63,519 bases of DNA from an uncultured bacterium (GTDB taxonomy: Bacteria; UBP6; UBA1177; JAKLFG01): contig CALMRE010000159.1 of assembly GCA_937871295.1 (NCBI GenBank), positions 1-63,519 on the forward strand, read 5' to 3'. Both the position numbers and the translations under genes were made by a program. The notes under the pieces were generated by a model, which saw only the letters and a program-made list of their open reading frames with translations, made no database searches and was not told the DNA's origin. Positions 1 through 9,234 of this stretch are shown piece by piece. Every line of letters begins with the position of its first letter. Within the stretch, counting starts at the first letter, position 1.

Positions 1-2
1 GC

Positions 3-1694
3 GACGGCGACGACCGCCTGGTCGCAGGTGCAGGCGACGACATCGTGACCGGCGTCAAGGTGCAGGACACGATTTCCGACTATGTCGACTATGTGCCCGG
101 CACCACCCAGATCGCCACGCAGATCCACGAAGACGAGGACGGCAACTGGATAGGCGACGACTGGGCCGCCATTTCCGACGGTCCGGGCGGCGTGTTCCCG
201 CTCGCCCAGCCCTACATGGTGGCCGAGCAGATGAACTACTGCGAACAGGCGGCCGAAACATGCGACGGCAAACACGACCGCCGGATGGTCCGTTTCAAGG
301 TCACCCCGAAGCAGGGGATACCGAAACATGCGGTCATCGAGAACATGGCGCTCATCTCCGACCCCGCGACCACCTCGAAACCCTACAAGACCAACACCTC
401 GATCCCGCTGAAACTCCATTCGGGCTCCTGCCTGCCGCTGGCGACCTGCGAAGAGATGGACATGGCCAAGTGCGGCGGCCCGTGGGAAAATGTCGAGCCC
501 CCGACCGACACCGATACCACCACCGACTCCGATGTCGTGACCGCCTGCGAGACCTCCGGGGTCAAGATCGAATACGCCATCGGCAAGAACAGTCCGGCCG
601 GCGAGATCATCATCCCCAACCCGACCAGCGGCCTGACCATCGGCCAGTTCACCCTCCTGGGCAAGACCTCGGGCGACAAACAGGACTGCACCTTCAAACT
701 CAATAAGGTCAAGATAAAGTTCGACAAAGACCAGACGGTCGCCCTGACCGAACTCAAACTGGTCCACGACACCAACGGCAACGGCAAGTACGATAACGGT
801 GAGACCGAGATCGCCACGACCGAAGCGCTCGAAGGGGCCTACGCCGAGTTCGAGGTCCCCTCGACCAAGCGCGATTTCAAGGAGAACACCCTGCTCTACT
901 TCGTCGTGGTCGCCAAGGCCACCGTCAACGCCGCCTCGATAGCGGCCAACATCACCTTCCAGGGGATGCTCGAAGGGAACGAAGCCCTGCTCGTCGCCGA
1001 CAAGGGGGCCGCGCAGGTGACCACCGACACCGAGCTGAAGTTCGCCACCTACATGTTCGAGCCCGACGGAAAATCGTTCATTATCACCCGCGGCGAGAAG
1101 GACCCGGCGGTGCCTTCCGCGATAGCCGATGTCAACACCTACCGCGAGATACTCCAACTCCGCACTAAATCGAAAGGCGATGCGAACATCCTCAAGGCGA
1201 TGACCGTCCGCATCACCAGCGGCTATGTCCTGTTCGGCGAAGGTCTCCAGAAGGTCGGAGTCTACGTCGACAACGGCGGCGACGGGACCGCCGATACCCT
1301 GCTGGCCGAAGGAACCGCCGCGAAGAGCGAGGACGAATACGAACTCAAATTCAACACGCCGCTGACCTACGCCGCCGACGAGGAGAAGTTCCTCGTGATC
1401 AAGGCCGATTTCAACCTTTCGAACGACACCAAGGGCCGCCTGCAGGTCAAAAAGTCGGGCGGTCTGAGTCTCGACAAGTCGGTCCAGATATACACCCTCC
1501 CGATAGATTCGAAGGAATATACGGCTTACTGTGACCCCAACGATCTGAACTGTGTCGAACCGGAGCCGGAACCGGATCCCTGCCAGTGCGCGATGACCGG
1601 CACCGATAACGCCGGAATGGCGTCGTTCCTGTTCACCCTCATGATGGGGCTCGCTCTCCTGTTCGTGAGCCGCCGCGTCTACGGCGGAAAATAA
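3..1694 (+). CDS. Large secreted surface protein, paralog A (5' part outside window): DUF11-like repeat, Cys linker, two beta-sandwich-like modules, MYXO-CTERM-like tail
   Basis: Frame is open from nt 3 (ORF-track start 45 is an internal GTG). Product aligns by eye with the C-terminal halves of the 1773-4829 and 4913-7969 proteins (VQD..DYVPGTTQIA, IGKNSP.., DTNGNGKYD). Ends CQC, 13 aa, hydrophobic helix, SRR. Confidence 0.8.
   Translation, partial: DGDDRLVAGAGDDIVTGVKVQDTISDYVDYVPGTTQIATQIHEDEDGNWIGDDWAAISDGPGGVFPLAQPYMVAEQMNYCEQAAETCDGKHDRRMVRFKVTPKQGIPKHAVIENMALISDPATTSKPYKTNTSIPLKLHSGSCLPLATCEEMDMAKCGGPWENVEPPTDTDTTTDSDVVTACETSGVKIEYAIGKNSPAGEIIIPNPTSGLTIGQFTLLGKTSGDKQDCTFKLNKVKIKFDKDQTVALTELKLVHDTNGNGKYDNGETEIATTEALEGAYAEFEVPSTKRDFKENTLLYFVVVAKATVNAASIAANITFQGMLEGNEALLVADKGAAQVTTDTELKFATYMFEPDGKSFIITRGEKDPAVPSAIADVNTYREILQLRTKSKGDANILKAMTVRITSGYVLFGEGLQKVGVYVDNGGDGTADTLLAEGTAAKSEDEYELKFNTPLTYAADEEKFLVIKADFNLSNDTKGRLQVKKSGGLSLDKSVQIYTLPIDSKEYTAYCDPNDLNCVEPEPEPDPCQCAMTGTDNAGMASFLFTLMMGLALLFVSRRVYGGK
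1581..1694 (+). other. MYXO-CTERM-like sorting tail of paralog A
   Basis: CQCAMTGTDNAGMASFLFTLMMGLALLFVSRRVYGGK: CxC, spacer, ~20-aa hydrophobic helix, Arg pair, C-terminus. Confidence 0.6.
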
Positions 1695-1701
1695 TTTCCA
1701 T

Positions 1702-1730
1702 TTGACTTTCCCCCCGTCCCCATTTATATT
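1702..1730 (+). promoter_or_regulatory. sigma70-like promoter of paralog B
   Basis: TTGACT (1702-1707), 17 nt, TATATT (1725-1730). Preceded by the ATTTCCATT block that follows stop codon TAA 1692-1694. Confidence 0.5.
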
Positions 1731-1772
1731 CTTTCCGGTAGGTTCAACGGGAACTTTTTCATGGAGGATGCC

Positions 1773-4700
1773 ATGCGTCTGATACGCGCTCTTTCGGCGG
1801 CGTTCGTTATCTTTGCCGCCACCGCTGTTTTCGCCCAACTCACCGGTTTCACCGGCGACACGCTCGGCCCCGATGTTTCGCAGTATCAGGGCAAGGCGCT
1901 CAAGTGGGAGCAGGGCAGTCACGATTATTTCGTCATGCACCGCTCGATGGTGGCCAACAACAATCCCGACAACGACAACGGCGGCCAGAACCCGCAGGCC
2001 GATTCCTGTATGGCCTCCAATTTCTTCACGGTGGACGGCTCCCATATGCCGCCCGACGCACTTGTTGAAAATGCCTTTCTCGTCTGGATATCGAACAATC
2101 CGAGCGCGAACCTCGGCGCGCCGACCGACAATCAGGTGCAACTCGACTTCACCGCGGCCGACGGCAGTTTCACCGTTTCGCGCACCGTTACCGCCAGCCG
2201 GGTCGGCTACCTCGGCGAAGAGGGGAATGTCGGCCAGCAGGACTTCGAATTCGAGGGGATGAAATTCGCCCGCGCCGGCGGCGCCTTCGATTGCGGCTAC
2301 TATACCTACCGCGTCGGCATAGACGATTTCTTCGCCGAGATACACCAGAAAGGACGCGACGCCGGCTACGGACTCGACGGCCTGTCGCTCAACGGCACCT
2401 ACACCCTTTCGCAGATGGCCTGCTTCAACGACGAGATATACTGGAGCGGCGGCGCGATGATCATCGGCGGCTGGGCGATCGTCGTCATCTACAAATCGGA
2501 AGAGATAACGCCGAAGATGATCTACATGTACAACGGCTTCAAGATGTACATGGACGAAGAGGCGCCCATACCGGTGACCGGGTTCGAACTGCCCGACACC
2601 CCGGCGGTCCGCGTCTCTCTGCTGGTCAACGAGGGCGATCCGAACATGGCCGATTTCACCTACTACAGCCACGCCGAATCGCTGATGCTCAAGGGGCAGA
2701 CGGCGCCCGACGTCCTCTATATCTTCAACGACTGCAACCCGCCGATGTCCCTGAACGGCGCGAACTACACCGAGATGTACAACTCGATATCCTCCTTCTA
2801 CGGCTGGAACGACACCACGCCGCTGTGCATCGGCGGCATCCCGCCCAATCTGGACCTCAACACCATCCAGTACGCGATGGACTTCGACACCTTCATCTTC
2901 TCGGCGGAGAATCCCCCCTTCGACCAGCACCTGAAACGGGGCGACACCTCGCTCGAACTGCGGGTCTCGGCCAACGCCGATGTCGTGGTCACCAATCTGA
3001 TGGTGGTCAGCGTCACCACCCGCGCCTCGAAATACGATATCCCGGTCAATCCGAACACCCCCAACGGCCGCGAGAAACATTTCTGCTCCTGCTCCCCGGT
3101 CGAAGATTCGGTCTGCTTCGACCGTCCCTACTACTACACGCTCAAGGTACAGAACTGGGGCGACGAACTGGGGGAGAACATCACCCTGCAGGACGATCTG
3201 CCGTCGCAGGTCGACTATGTGGCCGGTTCGACCGAGATAGCGCGCGCCTTCGACGCGAGCGGCAACGGCACCGACTGGACCGCGATACCCGACGGCGCCG
3301 GCGGCGCCTTCCCCTTCGCGACCCCGTACAAGGTGGCCGATGTCCTGACCTACTGCAACACGGTCACCAACGAGTGCCCCGACACGCTGCTCATCCGTTT
3401 CAAGGTCATGCCCAAGAACGGCCTCCCCAAGAACACCGTCATCGAGAACACCGCCGTCATAAACGATACCACCAACCTTCCCTACCGCACCAACACCACC
3501 GTGCCCCTGCGGCTCCGCTCGGGCAACTGCCCCTCTCCCGCCGAATGTCCCGAACCGACCAAAGCGGAGTGCGGCGGCGAGGCGCAGAACGCGACCGAAT
3601 GCCAGAACGATGAAGAGTGCGGCGACGGCAAAAAATGCGACAACGGCAACTGTGTGGTCGACACCGGTTCGTTCGCAAGCAACACCGCGGTCGAATTTGC
3701 GCTGGGCAAGAATTCGCCGGCCAATGGGTCCTCCATCTACGTGCCCGCCCCCTCTTCCGGGCTGATCGTGGGACAGTTCACCCTCAAGGCGATATCGCCC
3801 GGCAACAGCGGCAAGGTCTTCAGTTTCGATGATGTGAAGGTCAAATTCACCCTCAGCACTCCGCAGATACAACTGGGCGGCCTCACGCTGGTCCGCGATC
3901 TGAACGGCAACGGCGTGCGCGATCCCGAGGACACCGTGCTGGCGACCGCCGCCGGGCTCAGCGCCGGGTATGCCGACTTCGTGATACCGATAAACTCGCG
4001 CGCCTTCCCCGTCAACACCCTGCATTACTTCCTCGTGGTCGTCGACGCCGCCTTCAGCGGCCCGACGATACCGGCCAACGCCTCCTTCAAGGGCGAGATC
4101 GAGAACAGCGTTTCGCTCATCGTCAGCGACGCCGGTACGCCGACGGTCAAGGAGAACACGGTCCCCTTCGCCAGCTTCGCCTTCGATCCCTCGCAAGGCG
4201 CTTTCATCTTCACCAAGGGACCGAACGACCCTTCGGTCAGGGCACCCGCCGATATGAAAAGCGCGATGCCGCTGCTCCAGATACGGGCCGTCTCTCCGGG
4301 ACAGGCGAACACCATCGAACGGATAACGGTGAAGACCGCGACCGGTTCGGTCCGCTACGGCGAGGGGATCGCAAAACTCACCCTCTGGGCCGACACCGAC
4401 GGCAACGGCACGGGCGATGCGCCGATAACTTCGATGCCCGCCTATGAACCGGGCGATTCTTCGGTGGAGTTCGTTCTGCCGGGGGGCCTTGCGCTCGCCG
4501 CCGGCGAGACGAAATATCTCGTCCTGAACGGCGAACTGTCGCTTTCGGGGACCGAAAAGGCGATCCTCGAGGTTCCCAAGAGCGGCGTCGATCTGGGCAC
4601 CACCGCCACGATAGTCGAACTGCCGGTCCGCAGCCGCGAATTCACCGTCGTCTGCGATGTTACCGATGTCACCTGCAACGGGACGAACGGCGGCGATGAC

Positions 4701-4829
4701 GAAGTGACCGAAGAAGACACCGCCTGCGGCTGTTCGGTCGTCGGCGATACCGCATCAGGACCGTACGGCGCGGCACTCATCCTCATGGCGGCGCTCCTGC
4801 TGGCCATACGCCGTCTTTTCACCGCCTAA
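1773..4829 (+). CDS. Large secreted surface protein, paralog B (unassigned N-terminal domain, DUF11-like repeat, Cys-rich linker, two repeated modules, MYXO-CTERM-like tail)
   Basis: GGAGG lies 5 nt upstream of ATG 1773 (ATG 1761 is an alternative). Signal peptide MRLIRALSAAFVIFAATAVFAQ. DUF11-type block YYYTLKVQNWGDELGENITLQDDLPSQVDYVAGSTEIA. Linker CPEPTKAECGGEAQNATECQNDEECGDGKKCDNGNC. Confidence 0.85.
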   Translation: MRLIRALSAAFVIFAATAVFAQLTGFTGDTLGPDVSQYQGKALKWEQGSHDYFVMHRSMVANNNPDNDNGGQNPQADSCMASNFFTVDGSHMPPDALVENAFLVWISNNPSANLGAPTDNQVQLDFTAADGSFTVSRTVTASRVGYLGEEGNVGQQDFEFEGMKFARAGGAFDCGYYTYRVGIDDFFAEIHQKGRDAGYGLDGLSLNGTYTLSQMACFNDEIYWSGGAMIIGGWAIVVIYKSEEITPKMIYMYNGFKMYMDEEAPIPVTGFELPDTPAVRVSLLVNEGDPNMADFTYYSHAESLMLKGQTAPDVLYIFNDCNPPMSLNGANYTEMYNSISSFYGWNDTTPLCIGGIPPNLDLNTIQYAMDFDTFIFSAENPPFDQHLKRGDTSLELRVSANADVVVTNLMVVSVTTRASKYDIPVNPNTPNGREKHFCSCSPVEDSVCFDRPYYYTLKVQNWGDELGENITLQDDLPSQVDYVAGSTEIARAFDASGNGTDWTAIPDGAGGAFPFATPYKVADVLTYCNTVTNECPDTLLIRFKVMPKNGLPKNTVIENTAVINDTTNLPYRTNTTVPLRLRSGNCPSPAECPEPTKAECGGEAQNATECQNDEECGDGKKCDNGNCVVDTGSFASNTAVEFALGKNSPANGSSIYVPAPSSGLIVGQFTLKAISPGNSGKVFSFDDVKVKFTLSTPQIQLGGLTLVRDLNGNGVRDPEDTVLATAAGLSAGYADFVIPINSRAFPVNTLHYFLVVVDAAFSGPTIPANASFKGEIENSVSLIVSDAGTPTVKENTVPFASFAFDPSQGAFIFTKGPNDPSVRAPADMKSAMPLLQIRAVSPGQANTIERITVKTATGSVRYGEGIAKLTLWADTDGNGTGDAPITSMPAYEPGDSSVEFVLPGGLALAAGETKYLVLNGELSLSGTEKAILEVPKSGVDLGTTATIVELPVRSREFTVVCDVTDVTCNGTNGGDDEVTEEDTACGCSVVGDTASGPYGAALILMAALLLAIRRLFTA
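4725..4829 (+). other. MYXO-CTERM-like sorting tail of paralog B
   Basis: CGCSVVGDTASGPYGAALILMAALLLAIRRLFTA: CxC, spacer, hydrophobic helix, RR. Confidence 0.65.
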
Positions 4830-4837
4830 ATTTCCGT

Positions 4838-4866
4838 TTGACTTTTTCCCGCAACCCTTCTAGAAT
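4838..4866 (+). promoter_or_regulatory. sigma70-like promoter of paralog C
   Basis: TTGACT (4838-4843), 17 nt, TAGAAT (4861-4866). Preceded by ATTTCCGTT directly after stop TAA 4827-4829. The ORF-track start 4838 falls inside this -35 box. Confidence 0.5.
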
Positions 4867-4912
4867 GCTCCGAGAGGTTAGGATCACACACTGTCCTTTA
4901 ACGGAGGTCAAC

Positions 4913-7900
4913 ATGATGCGTTCCGTGTTCGTCATCGCACTTTGCGCCCTTCTCCTGCCCGTGACACTCTCGGCCCAGCTGGGCCCCGATGTATCACTCG
5001 ACAAGAACGGTCAACCTATCAAATGGGAAGAGGGTTCCCGTGATTTCTTCGTCATGTGGAAGTCTCTGGTGGCGCGCACCGACGGTTCGGTCGACACCGG
5101 CGCCACCAACCCGCAGGCCGACTCCTGCATCGATCCGAATGTCGGCAGCACCTATATACTGGCCGACGGCGTCATACCGGCCAACGCGACCATCGAGCGG
5201 GCGTTCCTCATCTGGATGGCGGTGGTGGACCCCGCCCAACTGACCGCGCCCACCGACAACAGCGTGACGCTCTCCTTCCAGCATTCCACCGTGGGCGGAC
5301 TGAGCCTTGTGCAGGATGTGACCGCCAGTTACGCCGGAACGCTCGCCAATGTGTCGGGCAAGGATTTCGAGTTCGAAGGGATACTCACCACCGATCCGAG
5401 CGGCGGCAACGACGGTATCTTCACCTACCGCGTAGATGTGACCGATTTCCTCACCCAGATACAGGCGCTCGGCAACGAACAGGGGATCACCGATCCCGGC
5501 CTCGCCCTGACCGGCTCCTACAACGTCAAGGGGGTGACCTGCTCGGCGGCCGAGGCCTACAAGACCTCGTCGGGACTCATGGCGGGCTGGGCGCTCGCGA
5601 TGGTCTATTCGGCCGAAGGCATCCACGCCAAGAAGATCTATTTCTACAACGGCCTCATGCCCTACCGTTTCAATTCGGGCGACATCATGATATCGGGCTT
5701 CCAGTTGCCCAACGAGGCCGAGATACGGATGACGCTGTTCGTCGGCGAGGGCGATCCGGGGCTCTACAGTGCGCTCGATCCGAACGGTGAAGGGCTGCAG
5801 TTGCACGGCCCCATCGACACCTCCGCTCCGTGGTTGCCGCTGTTCGATGCCTGCAACCCGAACATGGGCAACTATGTCGAAGTCTACAATTCTATCTCAT
5901 CTCTCTGGCCCTACGGCGCGACCCAGCCCTACTGCGTGGGAGGTGTTCCGCCCAACCTCGAATTGAACAACATCGAGTACGCGATGGATGTCGATACCTT
6001 CGTCATAAACGCGAAGGACGAGCCATTCGCCACCCACCTGCACAAGGACGACATCATGTTCTTCCTGAAGGTCGGCGCCAATCAGGATCAGGTCTACACC
6101 AATCTGCTCATCCTTTCCATCGACACCAAACCGCCGTCGTTCGATATCCCCGAAGGGACCGCCTTCTCGCAGAACGGCCGCGAAAAGGATATCTGCACCT
6201 GCGCCCCGGCCAACGAACCGGACCGCGTCTGCGACGACCGTCCTTTCTATTACGTCATCAAGGTGCAGAACTGGGGAGAGAACCTCGCCGACAATGTGAC
6301 GGTGCAGGACACCCTGCCGGCCGAGATCGACTACATTCCCGGCACCACCGAACTCGCGACCGCCTTCGACGGTAGCGGCAACGGCACCAACTGGACCGCG
6401 ATACCCGACAACGGCGGCTTCCCGCTGGCGGCCGCCGCTCAGGTGTGGGCCGCCGGGATGCAGTACTGCGATCCGATCGCGCAGACCTGCCCCGACTCGG
6501 CCCTGATCCGCTTCAAGGTACAGCCGAAACCGGGTCTGCCGAAGAATCAGATGATCAAGAACAGCGCCTACATCGCCGATGCGACCGGCATCTCCTACCA
6601 GTCGAACACCTCGGTCCCGCTGACGGTCCGTTTCTCCAATTCCTGCCCCCCCATCACCGACTGCCCCGAACCGACCAAAGCATCCTGCTACGGAGAGAAT
6701 CAGAACTGCACGAGCGACGAACAGTGCGGCGATCCGTGCAAACGGTGCGATAACGGGACCTGCGTGGAAGATAAAACCTTGCCCGATTGCGGCGGCGGCG
6801 GCGGAGACCTCTGCTCCGGCACGCGTCTGGATTACCGGGCGGGCGATATGTCGCCTTCGAACGGCACCGCGAAGATCATCGTGCCGGCGCCCGCCGCCGG
6901 CCTGACCATGGCGCAACTCGCCGTGAAAGCCACCTGTACCGGCTCCAACAAGAATTTCAGTCTCGACATGGTCCGGGTGAAGTTCGCCTTCGAAACCGGC
7001 GTGGCGTTGTCGAACCTGAAACTGATCAAGGACACCGACAGCAACGGCATCGAGAGCGCGGGCGATGTCACCATCGCCACCACCGCCGCGCTGGCGCAGG
7101 GATACGCCGAATTCGCCATTGACGCCAATTCCCGCGTTATGGCGGCCAACATCGACAACAACCTCCTCATCGTCGCCGACGCCGCCTACAACGGCACGAC
7201 GGTGCCCAGCGAGACCACCTTTCAGGCGATCATCGAAGGGGATGCCTCCTTCGTCGCGAAAGACGCCGCCGGCGGCATCGCCAACATACTCGACGAAGAA
7301 CTCGACTTCGCCACCTTCATGTTCGAGCCCTCGGTCGGCTACTTCATCTTCACCAAGGGGCCGAAGGAACCGGCCGAACCGGCGCACAATCTGCTCAACC
7401 GCAGCAACCCGGTCATACACATCCGCGCCAAATCGCTCGACGGCGAAAATCAGATCAAGAGCATCAGGATCGAACGGCTGGGCGAATCGACCGTCTTCGG
7501 CGAAGGCATCGAAACGATATCGATCTTCGAGGACACCAACGGCGACGGCGTCGGCGACGGGACGCCGATAGCGACCGCGGGCGATTTCGGCACGCCGGTC
7601 GAAGAGTATATGTTCGACAACCTCAACCTCAGACCCGAGTTCACCTTCTCCGATAAACAGGAACGCTACTATGTGCTCAACCTTACCTTCAAACTCGAAG
7701 AAGGGATGACCGGACAGGTCCAGATACCGCGTCTCGGGGTCAAACTGGCCGATTCGACCAAAAAGATCATCGAACTGCCCATCCAGTCGCGCAGTTATCA
7801 GTGCGTATCGCCTTTCTGCTATGAAGGTAAAACTGAAACCTGCGCCTGTTCTTTCGTGGCCGATGAGAACGAACCGACCCCGCCGTGGGCGGGCATCGTC

Positions 7901-7969
7901 CTGCTGATGGCGGCGTTGGGCTTGGCGGGCTTCGGTCTGCGGTCACGCCGGCGGCATCCTTCCGTGTGA
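4913..7969 (+). CDS. Large secreted surface protein, paralog C (same architecture as B)
   Basis: SD GGAGG 4903-4907, ATG 4913. Signal peptide MMRSVFVIALCALLLPVTLSAQ. FYYVIKVQNWGENLADNVTVQDTLPAEIDYIPGTTELA. CPEPTKASC..CTSDEQCGDPCKRCDNGTC. Collinear with paralog B throughout. Confidence 0.85.
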   Translation: MMRSVFVIALCALLLPVTLSAQLGPDVSLDKNGQPIKWEEGSRDFFVMWKSLVARTDGSVDTGATNPQADSCIDPNVGSTYILADGVIPANATIERAFLIWMAVVDPAQLTAPTDNSVTLSFQHSTVGGLSLVQDVTASYAGTLANVSGKDFEFEGILTTDPSGGNDGIFTYRVDVTDFLTQIQALGNEQGITDPGLALTGSYNVKGVTCSAAEAYKTSSGLMAGWALAMVYSAEGIHAKKIYFYNGLMPYRFNSGDIMISGFQLPNEAEIRMTLFVGEGDPGLYSALDPNGEGLQLHGPIDTSAPWLPLFDACNPNMGNYVEVYNSISSLWPYGATQPYCVGGVPPNLELNNIEYAMDVDTFVINAKDEPFATHLHKDDIMFFLKVGANQDQVYTNLLILSIDTKPPSFDIPEGTAFSQNGREKDICTCAPANEPDRVCDDRPFYYVIKVQNWGENLADNVTVQDTLPAEIDYIPGTTELATAFDGSGNGTNWTAIPDNGGFPLAAAAQVWAAGMQYCDPIAQTCPDSALIRFKVQPKPGLPKNQMIKNSAYIADATGISYQSNTSVPLTVRFSNSCPPITDCPEPTKASCYGENQNCTSDEQCGDPCKRCDNGTCVEDKTLPDCGGGGGDLCSGTRLDYRAGDMSPSNGTAKIIVPAPAAGLTMAQLAVKATCTGSNKNFSLDMVRVKFAFETGVALSNLKLIKDTDSNGIESAGDVTIATTAALAQGYAEFAIDANSRVMAANIDNNLLIVADAAYNGTTVPSETTFQAIIEGDASFVAKDAAGGIANILDEELDFATFMFEPSVGYFIFTKGPKEPAEPAHNLLNRSNPVIHIRAKSLDGENQIKSIRIERLGESTVFGEGIETISIFEDTNGDGVGDGTPIATAGDFGTPVEEYMFDNLNLRPEFTFSDKQERYYVLNLTFKLEEGMTGQVQIPRLGVKLADSTKKIIELPIQSRSYQCVSPFCYEGKTETCACSFVADENEPTPPWAGIVLLMAALGLAGFGLRSRRRHPSV
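7841..7969 (+). other. MYXO-CTERM-like sorting tail of paralog C
   Basis: CACSFVADENEPTPPWAGIVLLMAALGLAGFGLRSRRRHPSV: CxC, spacer, hydrophobic helix, RSRRR. Confidence 0.65.
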
Positions 7970-8043
7970 TCTGAGGGCACGATATTCGTGTTGCGGCACA
8001 GCGAACGGGGAAGGGCGTCTGGGGCATTGAGCGCAAAAAAAGG

Positions 8044-8071
8044 TTGCTTTTTCCCCGACTAGGGGTATGGT
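8044..8071 (+). promoter_or_regulatory. sigma70-like promoter of rpmB
   Basis: TTGCTT (8044-8049), 16 nt, TATGGT (8066-8071), about 40 nt upstream of ATG 8112. Confidence 0.4.
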
Positions 8072-8111
8072 TGTTTCGTTTTTGATGGTTCACCTGCAGA
8101 AGGAGAGAACG

Positions 8112-8303
8112 ATGTCCCGTATGTGTGAAGTGTGCGGCAAGAAACCGATGTTCGGGCATAATGTCAGCCACGCGAACAACAAGACCCAGAAGATCCAGAA
8201 CCCCAATGTGCAGAAGGTCAAGGTGCGCGAAAGTGACGGCAGGGTCCACTCCATATTCATCTGCACCCGTTGCATACGGACCGGCAAGGTCGTCAAGGCA
8301 TAA
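8112..8303 (+). CDS. rpmB: 50S ribosomal protein L28
   Basis: [25 protein letters not shown].. is the L28 signature. SD AGGAGA lies upstream of ATG 8112. The ORF-track start 8067 is an in-frame upstream extension. Confidence 0.93.
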   Translation: MSRMCEVCGKKPMFGHNVSHANNKTQKIQNPNVQKVKVRESDGRVHSIFICTRCIRTGKVVKA

Positions 8304-8306
8304 CGG

Positions 8307-8340
8307 CCGTCCGCCTCTGCGGGACGGGGTCTTTTTTCTT
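8307..8340 (+). terminator. Intrinsic terminator after rpmB
   Basis: CCGTCC (8307-8312) pairs with GGACGG (8322-8327), followed by TCTTTTTTCTT. Sits between convergent genes. Confidence 0.6.
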
Positions 8341-8344
8341 AAGA

Positions 8345-9163
8345 TTATTTTTTCTCGGTGTCGGCGGACGGAACGGTCTGTTCGGTTCCCTTTTCTTCGA
8401 CTTTCTTTTCCTCAACTTTCTTCTCTTCGGCCTTTTTCGGAGCCGCCGCATTGTCGGGCTGCTGCGGACCGACGCCGCTGCCGAACTGGCCGTCGTTGCG
8501 GAGTATCGTGGTGAATTTGAGGTCGCCCGCCTTCTTGAAAACATCGGGACGCCCGTCGCGATCAGTATCCTTCTCTACGCGCTCCAGGACACCGCCGGCG
8601 TAATATTCCCAGTAATCGATCGTGCCGTCGCCGTCCTGATCTTCCTCCAGTTTGATGAGTATCCCCTTTTCGTCGAAGTATTTCCACAGATCGCTCTTCT
8701 CGTCGAACTGTGAATCGATCTCCTTCTGTACGATGTTCATACCGATGTAGTGATCGGTGGTCTCTATCTTCCCGTCGAAATCAAGATCGAGCTCCTCCTT
8801 GGCCACCGCGCCCGATTCATCGTAGAAGCGGTAGACATCGTATTTGCCGTCGAGGTTGAGGTCCATCATCTTGATGAATATCTGCGGCTCGGCATCCGCT
8901 TCGGCGCCCTTTTCGGCGGAGTTCCTTTTGTAGACATTCACTATGTCGGTCTTTTTGTCGCCGTTGCGGTCGAATTCACGGACGAGGTAATCCTTTTCGT
9001 CGAGTTTGAGTTGACCGCCCTTGGCCGTTATGGTTATCTCCTTCGGGCCGGTCGGGCGGGAACCGTCGGAGTAGCCCCCTTTCTTCGATGCGCCGTCGGT
9101 CTGGGCCGTCGCGCACCCGAACAGAAACAACGCCGCCGCGGCACACACTAACAGTGATCTCAT
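8345..9163 (-). CDS. Lipoprotein with Asp-rich Ca-binding-type loops and a Lys/Glu-rich tail
   Basis: ATG 9163 gives MRSLLVCAAAALFLFGC (lipobox). Five DxDxDG-like loops (DRNGDKKTD, DLNLDGKYD, DLDFDGKIE, DQDGDGTID, DTDRDGRPD). Tail KKAEEKKVEEKKVEEK. Confidence 0.7.
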   Translation of the reverse strand: MRSLLVCAAAALFLFGCATAQTDGASKKGGYSDGSRPTGPKEITITAKGGQLKLDEKDYLVREFDRNGDKKTDIVNVYKRNSAEKGAEADAEPQIFIKMMDLNLDGKYDVYRFYDESGAVAKEELDLDFDGKIETTDHYIGMNIVQKEIDSQFDEKSDLWKYFDEKGILIKLEEDQDGDGTIDYWEYYAGGVLERVEKDTDRDGRPDVFKKAGDLKFTTILRNDGQFGSGVGPQQPDNAAAPKKAEEKKVEEKKVEEKGTEQTVPSADTEKK

Positions 9164-9234
9164 GGGAACCCCCTTCTCGCAGAACGATATCATGGTAAAG
9201 TTTCTCGCGGAAAAAGCAATTTCCCGGGGAGGCG

